Part shown: piece after piece, positions 24,320-35,971 of the stretch
Position numbering within the stretch: position 1 is the stretch's first letter
Layout: every line of letters starts with the position of its first letter
Assembly: GCA_037447605.1 (NCBI GenBank)
Contig: CM074819.1
Coordinates: 434,001 to 498,000, forward strand
Length of the DNA stretch: 64,000 nucleotides
Origin: Zygnema circumcarinatum SAG 698-1b
Taxonomy: Eukaryota; Plantae; Zygnematophyceae
Direction of reading: 5' to 3'
The notes under the pieces: model-generated
Databases searched by the model: none
The model's input: only the letters and a program-made list of their open reading frames with translations
Told to the model about the DNA's origin: nothing
Made by a program: the position numbers and the translations under genes

Positions 24320-27300
24320 TTATCGCTTTTCTTGACTCCTTTCCGGCGGAAATATTCTCCTCACAAGCCCTAAAACCTCCTCAAAATCGAATGCAGTTTT
24401 ACTCTGCGAATCGCCCTCTCCGAAAAATCGATAGTAGTCCAATTTACAGCGATCCGCCAAAAACTGAAGACATGGATTGTTGAATTTTTGGGGCCGAATT
24501 TCGATAACTGAAGCATGGGACGGCATCCAAAACATGTTCGAGAGGCCCGCTCCATGCACGCCGATCAGTAGAACTGTTTTTCCAAACAGGGAAACCGTTT
24601 CTTGCATGGAAATGTTACCCCAAAACGCTACGACTCGCTCAGTTCCGTAAATTTTTCGAATTTCGTCCTCGAATTTCTGCTCGTTTTCCATTTCTCGCTT
24701 TTTGGTCCTCCGCGCGACCACCACTCGCCACGCCAAATTTTGAACGCGCGTGGAAAGGGGGGCCGCTGGTGACCTGCGGAAACGGAGATTCGGGGTTTAG
24801 GGTTTAGGGGTCTAGGGTTTAGGGGTCTAGGGTTTAGGGGTTTAGGGTTTAGGGTTTAGGGTTTAGGGTTTAGGGTTTAGGGTTGTAGGGGTGTAGAGTG
24901 TAGAGGTTTAGGGTTTAGGGTTTTACGGTTTAGGGATTTCGGGTTTCGGGTTTAGGGTTTAGGGTTTAGGGTTTAGGGTTAAGGGTTTAGGGGTTAGGGG
25001 TTTAGGGTTTAGGGTTTAGGGTTTAGGGGTTAGGGTTTCGGGGGTTCAGGTTTTAAGTTTAGGGTTTTAAGTTTAATGTGTTGGGGTTTACGGTCTAGGG
25101 TCTTAGGATCGTAAGGTTCAAGGCTCAGTTTTAGATATAGGGTTTAGGGTTCCGGGTTTAGGATTTAGGGTTTATAAAAACCTAAAACCTATTGCTACGT
25201 TTTAAGTTTTTACCTTTCCGCAAGATTCCGTATTTTGAGTTTTCTCCGAACCGCCTCCACGGCGGATTGGCTCGGTTTTCCGCACACCTGTCCGGCCGGC
25301 ACGATCATTTTTTCCGCCCAAACGAGATCGTCTTCGGGATCCAAAATGCGCAAATTTAGGGCTGAAATGTTCGCTCCGACTAGGGGCGCCACTTTGGAGA
25401 GAGGGCCCTTATTCTGCAGTTTGCGGAAGAGGACCGGAATGTCCTGAAAGAGAGGAGGAGGGAGAAGGCAGGAAAGGGAATCACAATTTGAGGAAAATCA
25501 GGGAGAGAGGTGGGGGGAGGGGAGAGGAGGGGTGGGGAGGAGAGAGGGAAAGGTAAAGGGGAGAGTGGAGAGAGAGGGGGGGGGGGAGGGGAGAGGAGGG
25601 GTGGGAAGGAGAGGGGGAAAGGTAAAGGGGAGAGTGGAGACAGGGGAGGGGAAGGAGAGAGGAGGGGTGGGAAGGAGAGGGGAAAAGGTAGAGGGGAGAG
25701 TGAAGAGAGGAGAGAGGAGAGGAGAACGGGGAGAAGAGAAGGAAAGTGAGAGTAAAGAAGGGGGGCGGAGAGGAGAGGTGAGAAAGAGGGGAGGGAGAGA
25801 GAGAGAGGGAGGGAAGAGAGCTCGAAATCTTCAGTGGCATCCCAAATTCAATAACTGCTGGACGACGAGGTCTATAAATGTTGACATGCAGTATAGATAT
25901 GTGTAAATGCTTTCAAAAATCGAATCCTTTTAATATTTTTTCGTCGATATGAACTTTAGGGTTCCATCTTTATGTCAGATTTCTATGAGTTCTGAGAGGT
26001 TTTCCGTTCATCCATCCATCCATCCATCCATCCAACCATCCATGCAGGGTTTAGGGTTGAATATTTAGGGTTAGGGTTTTGCAATTCACACCTGGTAGCG
26101 TTGCAGGAGTGGCTCCATGACGAGGAAGTCGAGCATCCCCTCCACGAGGGCGTGGTAATAGTTCACCGCCGCGTTCCAACTTATCATGTTGGCGAGAACC
26201 GCGAACTTGGTAACCCTAATTATCGTTAAGCAGAGAATTCAAAACATTAACCTCAGAGGAAAGTAGGGTATAATTTGATGCAACCGTTATCTCTCGTTTT
26301 ATTTCAATTGAGGGAGAGGGATGGTGGGAGGGAGGGAGGGAGAGGGAGAGGGAGAGGGAGAGGGAGAGGGAGNNNNNNNNNNGGGAGAGGGAGGGGAGGG
26401 GAGGGATGGAAAGGGGGGAGGGGGAGGAGAGGGGGGAGGAGGAAGGGAGGGTGGACAGGGGGTTGGGGGGAGGGGGGGAGGTGGGAGGGAGAAGGGGGGA
26501 GGGTAGGGGGGAAAGTGGAGAGGGGGGAGGCAGGAGGGAGGGTGGGTGGTAAAGAGGGATATGGAAGATATGGGAGGGGGGCAGGTGGGGGGGGGGAGGG
26601 GGAGTGCGAGTGGGAGGGGTAGGGAAAGGGGGCGGGAGCGGGCAAGAGAGAGGCAGAGGGCGAGCGAGCGAGAGAGAGAGAGAGAGAGAGAGAAGGGAGA
26701 AGGGAGAAGGGAACTCACCTCGTTGTGGGAGCGTACGTGAAGTCGTCGAGAAACATGCAGCCGCCATGCAGGAAGAAGTGCGTCCTATTGAAGATGTGGC
26801 CCTTCTTGTTCGCGTACACATTCTCCAACACCCACACGTTGCCCTGCAACAGACCATGGGCCCGCAAATGTACACATTGAAATTCGCATACTCTCTCTCT
26901 CCCTCGTCCTCTAGCCTCTCCCCCCATCATCCTCGTTTATTCCCCTTTCTCTCCCTCTCCCCCTCCCCCTACCTCTGCGCGTCTCTCCTACAGTTCTTCT
27001 CGTCCCTTCCCCTCTCTCTCCCTCTCCCTCTTTACCTCCACTTCCTCTCTCCTCCCCCGTCTACCTTCGCACCTTCTCCTGCTCTTCCCCCTCCCCGCCT
27101 CCCTTCCCCCATTTCTTCTCTCCCCGCTCTGTTCCCCCCTTCCCCTCTACCCTCCCCTCTCCCCTCCCTCCCATCTCTACCCTTCCAACCCATTCCATTT
27201 CACCCAAAAGCCGCCAGTAATCGTCGCCCCTAACGTACTACTAATTAAGTAAATGACAATAAGAATTAAAAAAATTAAAAAAGTTAAGAAGTTATGGCAC

Positions 27301-30300
27301 TATCAATTGATACCCACCTCAAACGGAGGCATAAATTCTCGATCTTTCGGAGTCCCATTTTTTACATTCAAAGGAGGCTCCCCGAGAGTGGGACCATTTT
27401 TTAAGTGCTCGTTCCAACATACCGCCACCGCCCCCACTTTGTCCTTATCGCAACTTCCAAAATTGGGGCATTCAAGGGCATGTTGACACGTGTCACCAAT
27501 CGAAGAATTCTTCCATTTGTATGTACGATGGATCGCAAAATCTTTCAGATCTTTCCGGGAAAGTTCCTCGCCGAGATCTTCGATTTGGACTGGTCCGAGG
27601 GGGTACTTTCCAAGGAGAAATTCTTGGTTATTGCTGTTTTTTTCTCCTGAAGTAATGGGGTTTATGCTGTTTTCTCCTGAGGCAACGTTTTCCTTCGTTT
27701 CTTGCCTGTTTTGCTTATTCTCTATTTCCTTTTCCCTCCTTTCTGGAAGACTCTCTCCTTCTCCATTATTGATATTTGCTTCCCCTCTCCCTCTCACTTC
27801 TCCCTTTGCCATCTGCTCCTCCTCTCTCTCTCTCCCCCTATGCCTCTCTCCTACACCTTCCTTTATCTCTACTTCCTTTCTTCTCTCTCCATTCGCCTCC
27901 TCTCCCTCCTTCACCCTCTCGCCCTTGACATCACTCTCTCTGTCTCCGGCCCTCTCCTCCTCTCCCAGTCCTTCGTCATCCATAACTTGCCTCTTGTTCA
28001 CTCTCTCCTTCTCCTCCTCCTTATCTCCTCTTCGATTCACTTCCCCCCTCTCCTTCACTCCCTCTCTCTTGCCCTGCACGTGCATCTCCTCCACTTCTCT
28101 GATTTCCTCTTCCTTCACTGCCTCTCTCCTCGTCTCTCCCACCCCTTCACTGTGATCCTCTCTCTCTCCTGNNNNNNNNNNGGGAGAGGGAGGGGAGGGG
28201 AGGGATGGAAAGGGGGGAGGGGGAGGAGAGGGGGGAGGAGGAAGGGAGGGTGGACAGGGGGTTGGGGGGAGGGGGGGAGGTGGGAGGGAGAAGGGGGGAG
28301 GGTAGGGGGGAAAGTGGAGAGGGGGGAGGCAGGAGGGAGGGTGGGTGGTAAAGAGGGATATGGAAGATATGGGAGGGGGGCAGGTGGGGGGGGGGAGGGG
28401 GAGTGCGAGTGGGAGGGGTAGGGAAAGGGGGCGGGAGCGGGCAAGAGAGAGGCAGAGGGCGAGCGAGCGAGAGAGAGAGAGAGAGAGAGAGAAGGGAACT
28501 CACCTCGTTGTGGGAGCGTACGTGAAGTCGTCGAGAAACATGCAGCCGCCATGCAGGAAGAAGTGCGTCCTATTGAAGATGTGGCCCTTCTTGTTCGCGT
28601 ACACATTCTCCAACACCCACACGTTGCCCTGCAACAGACCATGGGCCCGCAAATGTACACATTGAAATTCGCATACTCTCTCTCTCCCTCGTCCTCTAGC
28701 CTCTCCCCCCATCATCCTCGTTTATTCCCCTTTCTCTCCCTCTCCCCCTCCCCCTACCTCTGCGCGTCTCTCCTACAGTTCTTCTCGTCCCTTCCCCTCT
28801 CTCTCCCTCTCCCTCTTTACCTCCACTTCCTCTCTCCTCCCCCGTCTACCTTCGCACCTTCTCCTGCTCTTCCCCCTCCCCGCCTCCCTTCCCCCATTTC
28901 TTCTCTCCCCGCTCTGTTCCCCCCCTTCCCCTCTACCCTCCCCTCTCCCCTCCCTCCCATCTCTACCCTTCCAACCCATTCCATTTCACCCAAAAGCCGC
29001 CAGTAATCGTCGCCCCTAACGTACTACTAATTAAGTAAATGACAATAAGAATTAAAAAAATTAAAAAAGTTAAGAAGTTATGGCACTATCAATTGATACC
29101 CACCTCAAACGGAGGCATAAATTCTCGATCTTTCGGAGTCCCATTTTTTACATTCAAAGGAGGCTCCCCGAGAGTGGGACCATTTTTTAAGTGCTCGTTC
29201 CAACATACCGCCACCGCCCCCACTTTGTCCTTATCGCAACTTCCAAAATTGGGGCATTCAAGGGCATGTTGACACGTGTCACCAATCGAAGAATTCTTCC
29301 ATTTGTATGTACGATGGATCGCAAAATCTTTCAGATCTTTCCGGGAAAGTTCCTCGCCGAGATCTTCGATTTGGACTGGTCCGAGGGGGTACTTTCCAAG
29401 GAGAAATTCTTGGTTATTGCTGTTTTTTTCTCCTGAAGTAATGGGGTTTATGCTGTTTTCTCCTGAGGCAACGTTTTCCTTCGTTTCTTGCCTGTTTTGC
29501 TTATTCTCTATTTCCTTTTCCCTCCTTTCTGGAAGACTCTCTCCTTCTCCATTATTGATATTTGCTTCCCCTCTCCCTCTCACTTCTCCCTTTGCCATCT
29601 GCTCCTCCTCTCTCTCTCTCCCCCTATGCCTCTCTCCTACACCTTCCTTTATCTCTACTTCCTTTCTTCTCTCTCCATTCGCCTCCTCTCCCTCCTTCAC
29701 CCTCTCGCCCTTGACATCACTCTCTCTGTCTCCGGCCCTCTCCTCCTCTCCCAGTCCTTCGTCATCCATAACTTGCCTCTTGTTCACTCTCTCCTTCTCC
29801 TCCTCCTTATCTCCTCTTCGATTCACTTCCCCCCTCTCCTTCACTCCCTCTCTCTTGCCCTGCACGTGCATCTCCTCCACTTCTCTGATTTCCTCTTCCT
29901 TCACTGCCTCTCTCCTCGTCTCTCCCACCCCTTCACTGTGATCCTCTCTCTCTCCTGCTTGCCCCTCCTCTCGGAAAACCTTCTTTCCCACTCTCTCATT
30001 CACCTCCGCAGTCACTCCCTCTCGTCTCTCCTCTCCTCGACTTTCTTCTCCCTTCACTTCCTCTTCCTCCTTTTCTCTCTCCCGCTTTCCACGTTCTTCC
30101 TCTCTTCCCTCTTCTCTCTCCTCCTCACTGCCTGCTTCTTCCTTCAATCCCTCTCCCTCCTTCCCTGCCTCTCCCTCGATATGTTCCTCCCGCTGTCCTC
30201 GTTTCTTCTCCACAATAACTTCTCTTCCTTTCAATTGCTCTCCCTCCTTCCACTCCTCCCTCTCCCTATCCCCTCCCCCCTCTCGCTCTTTCCTCCCCTC

Positions 30301-31171
30301 CTCACCACCTTCTACTTCTTCCGTCATTACCTTTCCGCCTTTTTCTTGCTCCTCTCTCACACCCTCTCCATTTCTGTTTTCTTCTCGCCTCTCCTCTTCA
30401 CTCCCTTCTTCTCCCTTGTCTTTCTTTCCCACCATCTCTATCCTTCCCTCTCCCTCCTCACTCTGTCCCGCTTTATTTCCTTCTCCCTGCAGTAGTTCCT
30501 TCTCCTCCTCTGCTCTTTCGTCAGGCACGAATTCCCCTCCCTCCCTCTCTTGCATCTCCCTCTCACTACCCTCTGCTTTCTTAGTTTCCCCTCCCTCCTT
30601 CCCTCCGTTCCCCCCTTCCTCTCCAACTTGTCTCTCCTCGTCCCCAAGTTCTTCTCCATTCACTTCCTCTCCTTTCCTTTCCTCTCCCGTTCCATGTCCC
30701 TCCCCATCTCCAACTTGCCCCTCCTCAGCCCCTCCTCCATTCACTTCCTCTCCCTCCCTCCTCCTCTCTCCTTCTCCGTCAAGCTTTGCTCCAACATTTC
30801 CCTTCTCCTCCCAGTCTCTCCTTCCTTCTTGATCCCCCTCCTCCCCCACCTCCCCCTCAACCTCCCTCTTCTCCTCCACCTCTGCATCTCCTCTCTCACC
30901 TCCCTCCATCAACCCTCCGCCCTCTCCCTTTCTCCCTCCTTCCCTCCTCTCTCCTCTCCCTCTTTTCACATGAAGCCCCGCCTCCTCCTCCTCAGACCCA
31001 CTCCCTCCCTCCCTCCCCCCCAATACCTTTCTCCCTACATGTCCCCTCCCGCCCTCGCCCTTTCCTTCCACAATACCCCATTTAGCTCCGAGCTCGCCGA
31101 CAGATTTAAACGTTATTTTTTCTTCTTCCTCCTCCGCTTGAGCAAGCAGAAAGTCCTGCAGCCACAAAAAT
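24320..31171 (-). CDS. GT61 (DUF563)-like glycosyltransferase with a very long Glu/Gly/Arg-rich stem, 5'-partial. Exons 31171-29104, 28628-28504 (duplicate copy at ~26842-26718), 26215-26092, 25443-25214, 24773-24320.
   Basis: C-terminal exons give NYYHALVE, VVVARRTKKREMENE and LIGVHGAGLSNMFWMPSHASVIEIRP (GT61 HGAG motif). Splice phases are consistent across the last four junctions. Confidence 0.78.
24790..25170. repeat. Intronic (TTTAGGG)n array
   Basis: Long near-perfect tttagggtttaggg run filling the last GT61 intron. Confidence 0.92.
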
Positions 31172-31643
31172 CTATAGCCCTTTAACGATTCAATTGAATG
31201 ACTCCCTTCCTCCCTCCCTGCTTCCCTCCACTCCTCCCATTCCCCCTGCGCTCTCTCTCCCCTCCCCTCTCTCCCTCCCCTCCCTCTCTCCCGCCCTCCT
31301 TTTTCTCCCTCCCCACCCTCTCTCCCACCCTCCCCTGTCCCCCTCCCTCCCTCCTCCCTCCTCAGCGGTCAGTTAGGTAGGTAGGTAAGTAGGTCAGTAA
31401 GCAGGTCAGTAGTAGTCGTCAGTCAGGTAGTCATCATCATCAGTCGTCGTAAGCGGTCAGTCAGTCAGGTAGTGAGTCATGGTCAGTCAGTCCAGTAGGT
31501 AGTAGTCAGTCAGTCAGTCATTCATCAGTCAGTCGTAATCATNNNNNNNNNNNNNNNNNNNNNNNNNNNNNNNNNNNNNNNNNNNNNNNNNNNNNNNNNN
31601 NNNNNNNNNNNNNNNNNNNNNNNNNNNNNNNNNNNNNNNNNNC

Positions 31644-34381
31644 GACCATTTCTATCTGTACGACGGCGGGGCAGTAGACGAAAATTTTCGGAAAAAAATC
31701 GATCCGTACATTACAGCGGGGCTGGTCACCATCTCCGACATCCGCGAAATTTTACTCTTCAGCGTCAAGTACTGGGGGCAGGTTTGTAATTTTTTTCGCA
31801 TAGATTTTTAGGAGGTTTATCGGATTTATAGGGTTTTAGGGGGGGTGGAGAATTTTGGGGTTTTTCGGAACTGATGATGTTTAGAATCGATGAATTTTAA
31901 GGTTTTTTGGGGATTTTGGCTTTTCGGATGGAAATGCTCGTTTAGGGTTATTGGGGCATAGACTAGTCTCGGTCGTCGAATGGAAATCTAACCTAATCTC
32001 TCCCACTCCCTCCCTCTCCCTCCCTCTTTCTCCCTCTCCCTCCCTCTCTCCCTCTCCCTCCCACTCTCTCCCTCTCTCTCCCTCCCAGGCCCTAGCTATC
32101 ATGGACTGCATATATCGTACTCGATACACCACAAAGTGGCTCATGATGGCAGACATAGATGAGTAAGTCTACCTCCCCCCGTTCTGTCTCTGCCACTCCC
32201 CCTCTCTCTCGTTCTGCCTCTCTCTCTCTCTCTCTCTCTCTCGTAGCTCCCCCAATTCCCCTCCCACCTCTCAACCCCTCTGTAACACAACCTCCCCCAC
32301 CTCCCTCTCTCGCTCTCTCGCTCTCCCCTCCCCCCACTACTTTCACCTCCGCCTCTCTCTCCCTCTCCCTCTCCCTCTCCCTCTCTCTCCTCCTCGCACC
32401 CCACCCCTTTCCCTCCATCCCCATCCTATAACCGACCAAAAACTACTACACCTACTTCCATTCTTTCTTTCCTCTTTCTTGCTTACTCTCCCTCCCTTCT
32501 CCCTCCCTTCTCCCTCCTCCCTTTCTCCTCCCTTCTCCCTCCCTTCTCCTCCTTCTCCTCCTTCTCCCTCCCTTCTCCCTCCTCCCCTTCTCCCTCCCTT
32601 CTCCCTCCCTTCTCCTCCTTCTCCTCCTTCTCCCTCCCTTCTCCTCCCTTTCTCCTCCCTCCCTTCTCCCTCCTCCCCTTCTCCCTCCCTTCTCCCTCCC
32701 TTCTCCCTCTCTTCTCCCTCCCTTCTCCCTCCCTTTTCCCTCCCTTCTCCCTCCCTTCTCCCTCCCTCCTCCCCCCCTTCTTCCTCCCTTCTCCTCCCTT
32801 CTCCTCCCTTCTCCCTCCCTTCTCCTCCTTCTCCCTCCCTCCTCCCTCCCTTCTCCTCCTTCTCCCTCCCTTCTCCCTCCCTTCTCCCTCCCTTCTCCCT
32901 CCCTTCTCCCTCCCTCCTCCCCTTCTCCCTCCCTCCTCCCTCCCTTCTCCCTCCCTTCTCCCTCCCTTCTCCCTCCCTTCTCCCTCCCCCCTTCCCCCCC
33001 TCCTCTTCCCAGATATTTACACGTGGAGCCTCCCCATTCGCTGCAATCCGTACTTGTAAAGTACGGAGGGCGCGCCTTCGTGACCCATCAGGGCCTCCCG
33101 TGGGACATTTTTCATTGCCGGGACGCGAAAAAAAATTCGGAGGAGGAATTTGCGGTCGAGAGAATGCCCTTCAAAGCGAAAAATTTTACATGTTCGGCCC
33201 CGGATTGGGACCCGAGGCTTTGCTACGCCGGGTACGGGCACCGAAAATATTTTGTCGATCCGAGAAGCGTAAGCCCTATCCTCTAGACCCTAGACCTTAA
33301 ACCATTAACCGTTAAACCCTAAACCCTCAACCATCAAAGCAAAGGATCAAACCCTACACCCAAAGCCCTAAATGCTAAACCCTAAACCACGTGAACATGG
33401 CTGAACCGCATAAATTTTTTAGTTATCACGCTAACAGCAGTCAATATGAGCAACTCTTGCTTTGCTTTTCCCCTTCTCCTCGACCCCCTCTCTCTCCTCT
33501 CTCTCTCTCTCTCACCCTCTTTTCTCCCGCCTTCCTCTCTCTCTGTTTCTGTAATGTCACATCTCTCTCTCGCTTCCTCTTTTCATGCCTTACCTTTCTC
33601 TTTCTTCCATTTCTGTCTGTTTCTCCCTCCCTCCCTCCCTCCCTCTTCCTTCCTTCCCCTCCCTCCCTTCCTCCCTCCCCCTCCCTCCCTACCCCCCTCC
33701 CCTCCCTCNNNNNNNNNNCCTCACTCAGGTAGAGATGGCTGGCGTCCACGACCTGCGCGGTGCCCCTAACGGCGTGGACCTGTACGCGGGCCTTGAGCTG
33801 TGGCACTACCACTATGGCGGCCTCGGCGCGGCCTCGCTCCTGCCCGCGCTCTGCAACGCCTCGGTGGTGCGCGCAGCGCCGGACGGCGCCTTCCTATTGG
33901 ACGGAGAGATGGCGGCCGTGGTGCCCCTAGTGAGGGAGTGTCCTCTGGCGAAGGGAAAGGTACACAACGGAAAGAAAAAAGAAAAAAAAACAAAAAACCC
34001 TAAAAGACCCCCTGTGAAACCCTTGAATATTCCAACCGAAAAAATTCTAAAAGGCCCACAACTTTAAAAAATTAAAAAAGGCAAAAGGCTCGACCTTATT
34101 ACGAGGAGGAATTAAATTGTGTATTAAATTGTGTGGTTTGTACGGATGTGCAGGAATGTCCTCTGAAGCTTCGAGAAGGGAAAGAAGTTGAGAGGGCTCT
34201 CATGGCGCAAAGGAGGAAGGACGAGAGGGGGAGAGAGGGAGGGGGGAGGGAGAGGGAGGGAGAGGGAGAGGTGAGAGAGCGAGGGGGGAAGAGGGCGAGA
34301 GGGAATGGGAGAGAGAGGGGTGAGAGAGGTGAGAGAGGTGGGAGGGGAGAGAGCGAGAGGGAAGGGGGGAGAGTGAGATGA
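31644..34381 (+). CDS. GT92 / galactan beta-1,4-galactosyltransferase (GALS)-like, 5'-partial (100-N gap). Exons 31644-31781, 32089-32162, 33013-33268, 33729-33959, possible last exon 34154-34381.
   Basis: HFYLYDGGAVDENFRKKIDPYITAGLVTISDIRE...WGQ|ALAIMDCIYRTRYTTKWLMMADIDE|YLHVEPP...HRKYFVDP..AGVH..WHYH parallels GALS HFVFHDAGG...NDCLHRY...FFDVDEY...RKY...GVH...YYHYH. The DxD motif is present. Confidence 0.82.
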
Positions 34382-34493
34382 GGGGGGGGGGGAGAAGGAG
34401 AGACGAGAGGGAGGGAACAAGAGAGAGGGAGGGGGAGTGGGAGAGGGGGCGACGGCGAGAGGGAGGGGGAGAGAGGTGAGAGAGGGAGGGATG

Positions 34494-34533
<40 letters not shown>

Positions 34534-35674
34534 CAATTTGTCCCTAAGTGGAGCAGACAGCGGAGCAGTCTGCACATTGCTGTAGATTTCAGCAGATTAA
34601 TAATACTTTTTTGTCAAATGTACATTTCTTGGATTGTCACTTTAAAAAAAAAAAGGAACGTTTGTTAATCCAAGTTTGTAATTTGCATGTTTTTTGCTTA
34701 ATTTCAACAAATCAATGAAATTTAATTTCTGAAGCATCAGTTCCTTTGGAGGACGGGAGGGTTTAGGGTTTTACGGTTAAGATTTAGGGATCAGGGTTTC
34801 AGGAACGGATTTCGGTCTTGGAGTCAGGATTTAGAAATTAAGTTTTAGGGTTAGGATTTTCAATTCGGGTTTAGAATTTAGAGTTTAGGGTTTAAGGTTT
34901 AGGGTTTAGGGTTTACATGTGTCGTAAATCTCAAAGTAGCGTCAAATTTGGGACTTTCACGCTTCTATGCAAGAGCCGGCCTCCATTGCGAACTTTAGGT
35001 AAAGCATCTGCCAATGGCGAGTTGCCACGTGTCCAGTTCATCCAATCACGACTTGCCACGTGTTAGTTTAGTGAAGAGTTGCCATGAAATGATTCTCGGA
35101 GTAGGGTTTAGAATTGAAAATAATACAGCGATTGCTCCGGGAATTGTGGAGGCTTGGCCAATCAGAATGCAGGGACCGAAATGAGTGTTCACATGGCAGT
35201 CCTTTTCAGGCAATGGAAATGTCAATCTAAAAATCTCCTTTTTTGGATAAAGTAAAGTAAAAAGACGATTTCAAATTCGGCACGAGGTTGAACTTATGAC
35301 TTTCTGAAATTCAAATTTCAATTTTTTCTTGCCGGTTTGGACCAGCGGACTGCCGGCCGTCAAATTCGCGGAAAGACGGCCGGCAGGCTCGACTCCGCCT
35401 TCCGGTCAGAAAACAATCTTTCACTTCCTGCCCGTTTTTGCAAAACAAATTTGGATACAATCATACATTTTTTCTCGTACGCAAATTGCACACATTCATA
35501 TTACTATTCTGATCTTAACGCCAAACGGGCTGAAATAAAAGCTTCCAAAAAACATTTCCTGATTGCCCGGACAATTCGGTCAACTTTCTGTGCGAAAACG
35601 TTTTCGAGTGAAAAAACAAAATAAAAACCTGGAAACCCTAAAAACTGCAAACTACGGCGCCAGCAAAAAGTGGG

Positions 35675-35704
35675 TTTCCCGCCCTTTCCGTCGCCTTTTC
35701 CCGC
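35675..35704 (+). promoter_or_regulatory. Two E2F-type sites upstream of H2A.Z
   Basis: TTTCCCGC at 35675-35682 and 35697-35704, about 270-300 bp upstream of the ATG. Confidence 0.4.
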
Positions 35705-35971
35705 TCTCTCTCTCTCCCTCCCTCCCTCCCTCCCTCCCTCCCCCCCTCTCTCCTCCCTCTCTCTCTCGCCCTCTCCCTCCGTCTCTCTCTCCCACGCTCT
35801 CTCTCTGTCTCTCTATCTCCCTCCCTCTGGGTCTCTCGCACGCTTTGGCTCTCCTTAGGGTTCGAGTACCCTCTGCATTTTCCGGGCGGCTCGGGCAGCT
35901 GCAGAAAGTTTTCGTTCTGCCAAAAACTTGGCATTTTTATTTTCTTTTTTGGGCCTCCGCCGCCCGCCGCC

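Noticed and set aside
26393-29960. Duplication of GT61 exons (offset ~1786), including the 279-aa ORF 27303-28142
   Set aside because: The junction is a 10-N gap and the copies differ only in repeat or homopolymer lengths; treated as an assembly artefact.
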